Source: Myxococcota bacterium (GTDB lineage: Bacteria > Myxococcota_A > UBA9160 > UBA6930). From it: 64,000 nucleotides of DNA. The stretch lies in NCBI GenBank assembly GCA_965223705.1, contig OZ245015.1:3360001-3424000 (forward strand). The letters are read 5' to 3'. Position numbers and translations under genes: made by a program. Positions 18,705 to 27,283 of this stretch are shown piece by piece; position 1 is the stretch's first letter; every line of letters begins with the position of its first letter. The notes below the pieces were generated by a model, which saw nothing but the letters and a program-made list of their open reading frames with translations, was not told where the DNA came from and ran no database searches.

Positions 18705-19495
18705 TCGACCGCCAGCCGCGCCAGACTTTGGAGCTCGCCGACGACGTTGCTGTCGGGCTATGCAACGTGACGAAGCGATTCGTTCACTACGAAGGTACCC
18801 CGCGCACGCTGCGAAACCTTTTCATTCGATCAGCGAAGCGACGAGCCACGACACAGAGCTACTTCTCGGTACGAGACATCTCCATCCGAGTGGCACGCGG
18901 CGAGAGTGTCGGCATCATCGGCGACAACGGAGCGGGAAAAAGCACGCTACTCCGCCTGATCGCGGGGATCTATTGGCCGAGCGAGGGGTCGGTCATGACA
19001 CGTGGACGCTTGGCCCCATTGATCGAACTCGGCGTCGGGTTTCATCCGGAGCTGACAGGTCGTGAGAATGTCTTTCTATACGGATCGATCCTCGGGATTC
19101 CAAGTGACGTTCTCGAAGCGCACTATGACGACATCGTCCGAATGTCGGGCATCGCCGAATTCATGGACAGCCCCGTCAAGCACCACTCTTCCGGGATGAG
19201 GGCGCGACTCGGCTTCGCCGTCGCAACGGCGATCCGCCCAGATATTCTGTTGCTCGACGAGGTTTTCGCCGTCGGGGACGTCGGCTTCCGAGAAATCTCC
19301 GTGGCTCGGCTGCGCGCCTTCCAGGAAGCTGGAACGACGACGCTGCTCGCAAGTCACGACCTCGGCATTGTGCGCGAATTCGCAACGCGGGTCATCTGGC
19401 TCGAGAATGGCGCGATCGCGGCCGCGGGAGAGGTCGAAGAGGTGACCCGGGCCTATCAGCACGCGAAGTTTCCGACTGGAGAACCCGCCGGGTGA
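18701..19495 (+). CDS. wzt: ABC polysaccharide exporter ATP-binding subunit, lacking a C-terminal carbohydrate-binding domain
   Basis: GDNGAGKST, GFHPELTGREN, SSGMRARLGF, LLDE and SHD. The GTG start overlaps the wzm stop. Confidence 0.92.
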   Translation: MIDRQPRQTLELADDVAVGLCNVTKRFVHYEGTPRTLRNLFIRSAKRRATTQSYFSVRDISIRVARGESVGIIGDNGAGKSTLLRLIAGIYWPSEGSVMTRGRLAPLIELGVGFHPELTGRENVFLYGSILGIPSDVLEAHYDDIVRMSGIAEFMDSPVKHHSSGMRARLGFAVATAIRPDILLLDEVFAVGDVGFREISVARLRAFQEAGTTTLLASHDLGIVREFATRVIWLENGAIAAAGEVEEVTRAYQHAKFPTGEPAG

Positions 19496-20586
19496 ACTCC
19501 CAGTCGGCGATACCTGAGAAGCCGGACCTCAGTGTGGTCATTCCTACCAGGAACCGCCCGCAAGCGCTCGCGTTGACGCTCAAAGCCCTGTCACGCGTCG
19601 ACTTTCCGCCGCCCGAACGATTCGAGGTCGTGATCGTCGATGACGGTTCCGCAGAGCCCGTCGGACGGAGCGAATTAGAACGGACCGCCCCGAAGCGAAC
19701 CCGGGTCGTGCGCCATGAGAGGCCGTTGGGTGCAGCGGCCGCGCGCGAGCACGGCTGGCGCGTCGCCACGGGAGAATGGGTGCTCTTTCTCGACGACGAT
19801 GTTCGCCCTGCCCCCGAGCTGCTCGTCCGCCATCGGGAAGCTCAGCAGCGGAGCGGTGCGGAGGTCATTTTGGGAAGCTGCCCGTTTGAGGCGCGGGATG
19901 CCGAACCACCCCATGTGCGCCTCACCCGACTTTGGTGGGACTCACACCTCAAGAGACTGGCGACGGACGAGCCGAGCTGGTTCGGTCAGCTGACAACAGG
20001 AAATGTCTCGATCCGTCGCGACGTCCTCGTGCGTTGCGGTGGATTCGATGTGACGTTTCCCGCTCGGGAGGACTACGAGTTGGGACAGCGCTTGCTCGAT
20101 GCCGGCGCCGCCTTCCACTACGAAGCGGCTGCGCGGGCCGTCCAGACCTGTTGCGAGAGCATCCATGAATGGCTCGAAGGATTTCGGGCGTGTGGTCGGG
20201 CTGACGTCGCTTTCGCGTGGAAGCATCCGACTAAGGTCGCTGTCCTCATGCGGCGCGCGGGACTGGCCCCGGTGCCGCGATGGTTTGGCGGCCGCGCGCT
20301 GGCTCTCGCTACTCGGTTCCTCACTCGATCCCGCGCCCGCTACGACTTCCGTTGGATGTTATCCTCACGCTTGGTTCTCGCGGATCGCTATTGGGGCGGT
20401 ATCCGCGAAGCTTCAGCGGACCCGAGAATCCCGGGCCTCCTAGAACGCGCACAACGTTCCGGATCAAGCGCGGAGTGGCTCGCGTGGCGATCCGCTTCAG
20501 ACATGCCCGGACTCGGTCAAGGCCCGGGAGCGGGATCCGCGGCGCGGAGCCCTTCCCACGGGCACTCGGTGCACTCGTATCGGTAA
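19492..20586 (+). CDS. Glycosyltransferase family 2
   Basis: SVVIPTRNR, VDDGS, FLDDD, TGNVS and EDYELG. Confidence 0.88.
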   Translation: MNSQSAIPEKPDLSVVIPTRNRPQALALTLKALSRVDFPPPERFEVVIVDDGSAEPVGRSELERTAPKRTRVVRHERPLGAAAAREHGWRVATGEWVLFLDDDVRPAPELLVRHREAQQRSGAEVILGSCPFEARDAEPPHVRLTRLWWDSHLKRLATDEPSWFGQLTTGNVSIRRDVLVRCGGFDVTFPAREDYELGQRLLDAGAAFHYEAAARAVQTCCESIHEWLEGFRACGRADVAFAWKHPTKVAVLMRRAGLAPVPRWFGGRALALATRFLTRSRARYDFRWMLSSRLVLADRYWGGIREASADPRIPGLLERAQRSGSSAEWLAWRSASDMPGLGQGPGAGSAARSPSHGHSVHSYR

Positions 20587-21599
20587 AACCGCAGACCAAC
20601 GCGCTCGAGGCTTCGGTCTCTGGCCGTGCGAGGGATTCGTTCGATCCGGTGGCTGCCGCACCGCGGACAGCCGCCGTGCCGGCTCAGCGATGGATGATTC
20701 AGGACCCAGTGCTTGGCCGGGACGCACAGGACGAGGAGAAGAGCGCCCAGGAAGACCGCAGTTAAGATTCCGGCGCCACCCTCGTATGCGAGCCAGGCCA
20801 ACGCGCTCGGAAATCCGTAGATCACTTCAGCGACGCCGGTTTGCGCGTTCAGTCGAAAAACCATGGGCTCATTTTCCCGAACGGTCGTGACCTCGAAACC
20901 TTCGATGTCGACAGTTCTTCCATTCGCTCCGACGCTGTGCCAGGTCCCGGTTCCGACGATCCGGACCTCAAACGTGGCTGGGCTCGCCACACGCGTGTAG
21001 AACTGAAACTTCGACGCGCCGAACGGTGTCAGCGCCGTGCGTCCTTCGTCGTGTCTCCAGCCCTGGAAACCACCCGTCGCCGTGTAGGCATCGTGTCCGT
21101 CCTCGGCAACCAACAAGATCCGGCTCGCTTGACCGCTCGCAGTCCGTTGCTGAACCAGCTTGAAGCGGACGACCTGGCCCGGTTCTTTAACCACGGCCCA
21201 GGACGCCTGCGGTGGGATCTGAATGCGCCAATCGCCGCACGCGACAGCCACCCAGAGGTAGTGGCCGGCCGCGTCAAATCGAAATTCCGCCGAATAGATC
21301 CCGTCGCCCGCCTCTTCGTCAGCGTCGAGACCTCGATCGTTCATCGGGTGACTGGCGCTATCCCACGCTTGGAAATCCCCCGCCAGGCACCACCCAGTAT
21401 CGGGTACCGTGATGTCGCGCAGGACGTGGGTCGGCGTGCCCCGTTCGGCGAGCTGCGTTGCGAGGAGCACATAGGGATTGGCCAACGACGCCAAAGCGAG
21501 GACAACGGCGATCGTCGCAAGGATTGGCCACAGCCGCGCTCCTTCCTTCTGGGGCTTCGGCTGGTGCCCGTCCGCTGATGCCTCCGCCGTCTCGGACAA
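20517..21599 (-). CDS. Membrane protein with two CBM-like beta domains and a C-terminal Zn ribbon
   Basis: N-terminal TM, repeats AGDFQAW/TGGFQGW, DRGLDADEEAGDGIYS motif, a second TM, and CPRC...CTEC. GGGAGA RBS before TTG 21599. Confidence 0.65.
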   Translation of the reverse strand: MSETAEASADGHQPKPQKEGARLWPILATIAVVLALASLANPYVLLATQLAERGTPTHVLRDITVPDTGWCLAGDFQAWDSASHPMNDRGLDADEEAGDGIYSAEFRFDAAGHYLWVAVACGDWRIQIPPQASWAVVKEPGQVVRFKLVQQRTASGQASRILLVAEDGHDAYTATGGFQGWRHDEGRTALTPFGASKFQFYTRVASPATFEVRIVGTGTWHSVGANGRTVDIEGFEVTTVRENEPMVFRLNAQTGVAEVIYGFPSALAWLAYEGGAGILTAVFLGALLLVLCVPAKHWVLNHPSLSRHGGCPRCGSHRIERIPRTARDRSLERVGLRFYRYECTECPWEGLRAADPAPGP

Positions 21600-21716
21600 C
21601 CGCGTTCTCCCTAGCGCCGAGCCGAATCGATTCGATGCCGGGTAGTTCGGGACAATGAAACCGCCGATCGCAACTTCTTGCCAGACGGCCCCGAATACAA
21701 GGACGTGGGTGACGCG

Positions 21717-22757
21717 ATGACCGAAAAGCTCAGCGTGTGCGTCATCAATCGAAACGGTGGCGATGCGCTTGTCAACACATTGGCGTCCATCATGGAACAG
21801 GGGGACATCGTTGCCGAGGTTCTTCTCGTGGACAACGCATCGGACGACGGTAGCCCCGAAAAGGCCCTCGCGTGCCACCCTTCCGTCAAGCTCGTCCGGC
21901 GGGAAGACAATTGCGGTCCCGGTGCAGCCCGAAACGCGGGATTCCGGGCGGCACAATACGAGCGAATCCTATTTGTCGACGGCGACGTCCGCCTGCAGCC
22001 AGGTTGCGCCGCGCAGCTGCGACACGCTCTCGCGCACTCGGAACGCATCGTCGCGGCGATGCCCCGTGTTCGGTTCGAGGATACGGGGGAAGTTCAGTGC
22101 GATGGAGCAGATTCTCACTATCTGGGTTTCATGTTGGTCCAGCACCAGAGGGGAAATGAGATGCGGCGCATCGGATCTATCGTGTCGGCCTGTATGCTGC
22201 TCGATCGCTCTCGCTGGGGGCGGTCGGATCCGTTTGATGAAGACTTCTTCATCTACTACGAAGATCACGATTTCGGCCTTCGAGCGCGCGCTGCCGGATG
22301 GGAGCTTGTGGGCGTACCAGCCGCAGTGTGCTCTCACGGAGGGGGCACGCCCGGGTTGTCGTATCGCCCTGGACGCTCGTATCCGACCGGGCGTGTCTAC
22401 TTCCACATCCGTAACCGTTGGCAACTCATCCTCAAGAACTACGAGTTCGGATCCCTGTGTCTCTTGGCGCCCTGCCTGCTCTTCTACGAAGCTCTCCAAC
22501 TCGCGGGCGTCGTAAGCAAGGGTTGGTTCAAAGAATGGACACGCGCCGCGGAGTGGGTGCTCTCCAACCGGCGGACACTTCTCGCGAAGCGCCGCGCCGC
22601 AAGCGCAGCGCGGACCGTCTCCGATCGCGAGCTTTGGGTCGGCGGAGAGTTGCCATTCCATCCGGGACTACTGACCCGCCGCGGGGAGCGGGCCGCGTTG
22701 CGCTTCGTCAACGCTGTCCTCGCAGCCTATTGGCGCCTTTGCTCGAGAATCCTCTAG
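21717..22757 (+). CDS. Glycosyltransferase family 2 (rhamnosyltransferase/WbbL-like)
   Basis: VDNASDDGS, ARNAG, FVDGD, FDEDFFIYYEDHD and RNRW. Confidence 0.88.
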   Translation: MTEKLSVCVINRNGGDALVNTLASIMEQGDIVAEVLLVDNASDDGSPEKALACHPSVKLVRREDNCGPGAARNAGFRAAQYERILFVDGDVRLQPGCAAQLRHALAHSERIVAAMPRVRFEDTGEVQCDGADSHYLGFMLVQHQRGNEMRRIGSIVSACMLLDRSRWGRSDPFDEDFFIYYEDHDFGLRARAAGWELVGVPAAVCSHGGGTPGLSYRPGRSYPTGRVYFHIRNRWQLILKNYEFGSLCLLAPCLLFYEALQLAGVVSKGWFKEWTRAAEWVLSNRRTLLAKRRAASAARTVSDRELWVGGELPFHPGLLTRRGERAALRFVNAVLAAYWRLCSRIL

Positions 22758-22799
22758 ATGCACTAACATGGCCGGCGGACCCCGTGCTCTGGATCTTCG

Positions 22800-23999
22800 A
22801 TGTCAGTCCGCCGCGTTCTCATGGTCGCTGCCTGTCCGTTCCCCGCGAACCGCGGAACCCCGATTCGGAGCTTTCGATTGGCCGAGGCCATCTCCAAGGC
22901 CGGAATCGAAGTCGAGGTCGTCACTTATCACTTGGGACGAGCGCAGCCCGAACCGAGCTTTTCGGTTTACCGGACCCCGCGCGTGGCGACGTATGTGCGC
23001 TATCGGCCGGGACCCTCCCTGCAGAAACTGGTGGTGATGGACCCGTTGCTGATGCGGAAGATCCGCTCGCGTATCCGGCGCAACCCTCCCGACGTGATTC
23101 ATGCCCATCACTGCGAGGGTTTGCTAACCGCGTTGTTCGCAAGTCCCGATTCCGAGTGCCCCGTGATCTACGATGCGCACACGATTCTGGGCGCGGAGCT
23201 CCCCCACTACCTTCCGCGCTGGATGAAAGCCCCGGGGCGCTGGCTCGGCGATACGTTCGACCGCTATCTCGCGAGGCTTTCCGAGTTCGCCATTGTCGGC
23301 ACCCAGGGGATGAAAGACGAACTCCTCGAGCGGAATTTTGGCCCGGAGAAGTGCATTCGAGTGATCCCCAACGGCGTAGATTTCGATGCGTTTACCCCCA
23401 TCGACCCTACTCGATTGGGAACCGACGAAGGCAATACCATCGTATTCGCGGGAAATTTGGCTCCCTACCAAGGTCTGCAGCTGCTTGCGGAGGCCTTCAA
23501 GGTCGTTCGCTCCTACCGCCCGGACGCGCGACTTCAGGTCGTTACCGAAGATCGAACGCGCCCAGTGGGTTGGCCAGCAGAGATCGAGCTGATCAACGCT
23601 TCGTTTCGCGAACTGCCCGCCTACCTGCACCGGGCCGACATCGCCGTCAATCCGCGGTCGGATTCCGCCGGAATGCCGCAAAAGCTGTTGAACTACATGG
23701 CAGCCGGGCTTCCCGTCGTCTCCTTCGCACGAGGGGCCGAAGTGATCGAGCACGGGAGCACGGGCTTTATTGTTTCAGAACCAACACCGGACGCACTGGC
23801 TCGCGGTTTGATCGAGATGCTGAACAACAGGGCACTCGCGCGCCGGTTGGGCGCCAATGCGCAAAGAAAAGTCCAGCGAGAATTCAGCTGGGCGCGTGCG
23901 GCGGAGGATTGCCTGTCTGCGTACGCTGACTTTAGGGAGACCAAGGCGAGAGAGCGCTCGCGAGGAGAAAGCGTTCTCGGACGAAAGGAACTGCGATGA
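22800..23999 (+). CDS. Glycosyltransferase family 4
   Basis: VIHAH, IYDAH, IPNGVD, FAGNL and PQKLLNYMAAGLPVV. Confidence 0.92.
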   Translation: MSVRRVLMVAACPFPANRGTPIRSFRLAEAISKAGIEVEVVTYHLGRAQPEPSFSVYRTPRVATYVRYRPGPSLQKLVVMDPLLMRKIRSRIRRNPPDVIHAHHCEGLLTALFASPDSECPVIYDAHTILGAELPHYLPRWMKAPGRWLGDTFDRYLARLSEFAIVGTQGMKDELLERNFGPEKCIRVIPNGVDFDAFTPIDPTRLGTDEGNTIVFAGNLAPYQGLQLLAEAFKVVRSYRPDARLQVVTEDRTRPVGWPAEIELINASFRELPAYLHRADIAVNPRSDSAGMPQKLLNYMAAGLPVVSFARGAEVIEHGSTGFIVSEPTPDALARGLIEMLNNRALARRLGANAQRKVQREFSWARAAEDCLSAYADFRETKARERSRGESVLGRKELR

Positions 24000-24466
24000 C
24001 GCAGGAGACCATGCTTCGGTGGCTCGTTGACATCGAACAGATCAAGCAGCTCAAGCACCGCTATTGTGCGTACTGCGACGAACAATACGACCCCGAAGGC
24101 ATCGCCGGCCTCTTCGCCGAAGACGGCGTGTGGGAAGGCGGGCCTTTCGGCCGCGCGGAGGGCCGCGACGGGATCCGCCAGTTCTTCGGTGACGTGTCGA
24201 AACAAGTCGAGTTCGCGAATCACTACGTGACCAATCCGATCATCGACATCGACGGTGATTCGGCGACTGGACGTTGGGACTTGTGGCAGCCGATGGTGAT
24301 GACCGAAGGTCCCGCCGCTCTCTGGCTGGTCGCGAAGTACCGAGAACAATACGTGCGATCCGGAGATCAGTGGTTGTTCCGACTCCTTGAGCTCGACGTC
24401 AAGGCGCTGTCGCCCTACGAAGAAGGTTTCGCGAAGCAGCGCCTGATCGAAACGGAGGCATCGTGA
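23996..24466 (+). CDS. SnoaL_4/NTF2-like protein (LinA/BaiE/scytalone dehydratase fold)
   Basis: DIEQIKQLKHRYC...D28, LFAEDGVW, GRDGI, H76-YVTNPII and ATGRW. Confidence 0.82.
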   Translation: MTQETMLRWLVDIEQIKQLKHRYCAYCDEQYDPEGIAGLFAEDGVWEGGPFGRAEGRDGIRQFFGDVSKQVEFANHYVTNPIIDIDGDSATGRWDLWQPMVMTEGPAALWLVAKYREQYVRSGDQWLFRLLELDVKALSPYEEGFAKQRLIETEAS

Positions 24467-24882
24467 CGAAGCAGCAAGCGATCGACACCGTCAACCAGTT
24501 TATGAAGCTCCTCCTCACGGATTTTCCGAAGTGCTTGAAGATGCTCTCCGACGACTTCGTGTGGGAGAACTTCTTGCCTTCACATGTTCCGTTCGGCGGA
24601 CGCTACGAAGGCGCTTCCGGCCTTCAGAAGTACCTCGAACAACTGTCAGCGACTTGGGTGATCGGAGAGCTCGTGTTTCTCGATTTCATCTTCGATTCCG
24701 AAACGAGCATCTTGGCAGCGACCGGTGTCGAGAAAAACGGCAAAGCTCTGTCGACCGGACGCACTTGTGACATGCCGTTCGTCTGGGAGTTTCGGTTTTC
24801 CGAGGATGGCAAGATCACCTACCTCCGCGAATACAACGACACCGCTTCGATCGGCGGCACGTTCGACGCGGCCGGTGCTTGA
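24463..24882 (+). CDS. SnoaL-like/NTF2 family protein
   Basis: LSDDFVW, VPFGGRYEG, TGR and GKITYLREYNDT. Confidence 0.8.
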   Translation: MTKQQAIDTVNQFMKLLLTDFPKCLKMLSDDFVWENFLPSHVPFGGRYEGASGLQKYLEQLSATWVIGELVFLDFIFDSETSILAATGVEKNGKALSTGRTCDMPFVWEFRFSEDGKITYLREYNDTASIGGTFDAAGA

Positions 24883-24894
24883 GCGGAGGAGCCC

Positions 24895-25455
24895 ATGACG
24901 CAACTCACTCGAATCCCTCGGTCCGAGCTCACCCCGGAACTGGTTGCGCTTCACGACCAGTTGACGAAGGAAGGCGTTGATGCGCGGTTTGTCGAAGCGG
25001 GCGCGAACGCTCCCGAACTCCTCGATTGGTACTTCAACAGCTTCTACGGAAAGGTCTTCTACGATGGCCGTGTCGACGCTCGAACGAAGGAGCTGTTGCG
25101 CCTCAAGCTGTCGAAGACCCACGGCTGCTTTCTCTGAAACCGCGTGAACACTGCCTCGGCGAGGCAGCACGGAGTGACGCAGGCTCAGATCGATGCTCTC
25201 CCCGACGACGTCGAGAACGAGGCATTCTCGGAGAGAGAACGGGCGGTCCTACGAGCGGCCGAACAGATGGTCCTCACCAACCTCCACGGCATGCTCGAGG
25301 ACGGACATTACCAGGCGCTGAAGAAGCACTTCTCCGACGGCGAGATCTTCGAGCTGGGCATGGTGATGGCCGTTCTCTGCGGTTTTGCCAAGTTCTTGTT
25401 CTGCTTCGACTTGGCTGATCGCGAGGACACCTGCCCGATCCACCCAGGCGCGTAG
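24895..25455 (+). CDS. AhpD/carboxymuconolactone decarboxylase-like predicted selenoprotein (CxxU; TGA 25135-25137 read as Sec)
   Basis: ORFs 24895-25137 and 25144-25455 share one frame. Reading through gives KELLRLKLSKTHGCFL-U-NRVN...FSERERAVL...LKKHFSDGEIFEL, one 186-aa CMD domain. A SECIS-like hairpin follows the TGA. Confidence 0.82.
25144..25170 (+). promoter_or_regulatory. Bacterial SECIS-like stem-loop
   Basis: GTG-aaca-CTGCCTC-GGC-GAGGCAG-CAC forms a perfect 7-bp stem with a G-initial loop 20 nt after the UGA. Confidence 0.7.
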
Positions 25456-25461
25456 TTCGGG

Positions 25462-26364
25462 CTACGCGGACGCGGCCTTCGACAACCACTCCCGGATGGC
25501 TTCTCCGATTTCGTGAGGACAGTCCTCCTGGAGAAAATGGATGCCGGGGAGCGTGATCTCCTGCTGGTTGGGCCAGGCCCGACAGATCTCCCGCGGCCGA
25601 CCGACCAGGATCGCGCCGGGTTCCGCATTGATGAACAGTTTCGGGAACGCCGCGGTATTCATGAAGTCGGCGTTTGCCGCGACGGCTTCCACCACGTCCG
25701 TCGGCTGCCCCGCTAGCGGGATCTGGCGCGGCCAAGTCAGCGTCGGCCGCCGGGATTCTCCGGCTTCGGTATACGGGGCGCGGTAGACGTTCATCTCCTC
25801 GTCGCTGAGCTTGCGCTGGATCGCGGCGGGTAGAACTTGTTCGATGAACACGTTTTGCTCGAGGACCATGGCCTCTCCGGCATTCGAACGAAAGCCTTCG
25901 AAGAGCCCCACGAACTCCGGCGGAAAATCGGACCACTCGAGAGGGGTCACGATGGCCTCCATGTACGCAATGGCTCGAACGCGATCGGGGTGTTGTCGTG
26001 CCCACTCAAAGCCGAGGGCCGAGCCCCAATCGTGAATGACCAGCGTCACCGGACCTTCCGGTACCAGCGCATCGATGAAGCCGTTCAGGTAGTGACGATG
26101 CTGCGCGTACGTATAGGAGAACACGGAGGGCTCGGGGAGCTTTTCAGAGTCACCCATTCCGACAAGATCCGGGGCGATGCAACGGGCCCGATCCGCCAGG
26201 TGGGGCATGATGTTTCGCCACAGGTAGGACGAGGTCGGGTTGCCGTGTAGAAACAGGATCGGTTCTCCGGAACCGATCTCGACGTAGGCCATCTCCAGTC
26301 CGTGGACGTCGACCTTTTGTTTCTTCGCGGGGTGGTTCGTTTCGATCGATCGGGCATCGGACAT
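25462..26364 (-). CDS. dhaA: Haloalkane dehalogenase (HLD-II, DhaA/LinB type)
   Basis: LHGNPTSSYLWRNIMP, IHDWGS, YMEA, TLTWPRQIP and GIHFLQED. Confidence 0.92.
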   Translation of the reverse strand: MSDARSIETNHPAKKQKVDVHGLEMAYVEIGSGEPILFLHGNPTSSYLWRNIMPHLADRARCIAPDLVGMGDSEKLPEPSVFSYTYAQHRHYLNGFIDALVPEGPVTLVIHDWGSALGFEWARQHPDRVRAIAYMEAIVTPLEWSDFPPEFVGLFEGFRSNAGEAMVLEQNVFIEQVLPAAIQRKLSDEEMNVYRAPYTEAGESRRPTLTWPRQIPLAGQPTDVVEAVAANADFMNTAAFPKLFINAEPGAILVGRPREICRAWPNQQEITLPGIHFLQEDCPHEIGEAIREWLSKAASA

Positions 26365-26439
26365 CGGGTTCCTCACTTCGCGAAACCAGGGTTGTGCGTT
26401 CGCCGTATACTCTAGGTTACCGGGCCCGAGGAGAACCAC

Positions 26440-27246
26440 ATGAGTGAGAAACTGCGTTTCTTGCACCATCCCGCCTCACAACCGTGCCGAGCGGCGCGCC
26501 AGTTCCTAATCGAAAACGACATCGCTCATGTCGATGAGATCATCGATATCACGACGAACATCAACGAGACCCAAGAATTCAGAGATCGCTACAACCCGAC
26601 GGGGCAAGTGCCTATTCTTGTCGACGGCGACTTCGTGGTGTGGGAGAACGTCGCGATCGGGCGGTACTTGGATGAAAAATTCGAGTGCGAAAGCCACTGG
26701 TTCGGTTCCAGCCTGGAAGAGCGGGCGAAGATCAACCAATTCGTTCAGTGGTACGCGTACACACTGCGACTCGGCGGGGGGGCGTTCCACTGGACGATCT
26801 TTGCTCCGATGATCTATGGGCCGGACAAAGATTTCACCGCGGAACGGAGGAAGGGATATCACGTCCTCTACGAGTCTCTGGAGGTGCTAGAGAACTACTG
26901 GCTGAAGAGCAGCGACTACTTGTGCGGCGAAGAAGTGAGTTACGCGGATCTAGCCGCTTACCACGAGCTGGTGTCGCACGACGCGGGGAACATCATTCCC
27001 GAGAACGTCTGGAAAAAGCATGGCCGCATCACCGCGTGGTTCGAGCGCATGTCGGCGCGGCCGGCGAGCAAGGCGGTGAGTGCGTGGCAGTACGAGACGA
27101 TCCGCAAAGTGCTCGCCGGAGAGATCTCCGTGGAATTCAATCGGCGCACCGCCGTACTGAAAGGAACGGAGGCTTTTGGGGGGCACAACAACGGCATCCC
27201 TCATCTCGGCGAAGAGCGGGACTACCTCGCCGAGGTGGAAGCCTAG
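26440..27246 (+). CDS. dcmA: Dichloromethane dehalogenase-like theta-class glutathione S-transferase
   Basis: KLRFLHHPASQPCRA, YNPTGQVPILVDG, WYAYTLRLGGGAFHWTIFAPMIYG, LVSHDAG, VSAWQYE and RTAVLKGTE...GHNNGI match the remembered DcmA sequence. The catalytic Ser is retained. Confidence 0.85.
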   Translation: MSEKLRFLHHPASQPCRAARQFLIENDIAHVDEIIDITTNINETQEFRDRYNPTGQVPILVDGDFVVWENVAIGRYLDEKFECESHWFGSSLEERAKINQFVQWYAYTLRLGGGAFHWTIFAPMIYGPDKDFTAERRKGYHVLYESLEVLENYWLKSSDYLCGEEVSYADLAAYHELVSHDAGNIIPENVWKKHGRITAWFERMSARPASKAVSAWQYETIRKVLAGEISVEFNRRTAVLKGTEAFGGHNNGIPHLGEERDYLAEVEA

Positions 27247-27283
27247 TTTCATCCGGTTAGTCGCCGGGGTGGAGGCCTGGTTT

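Noticed and set aside
21668..21683. Sigma-54-like sites upstream of the 21599 gene, and at about 63225-63245
   Set aside because: The GG-to-GC spacing is 9 and 11 nt rather than the required 10.
23996..24466. Naming this gene linA
   Set aside because: Only the fold and dyad spacing match, and these are shared with many SnoaL_4 dehydratases.
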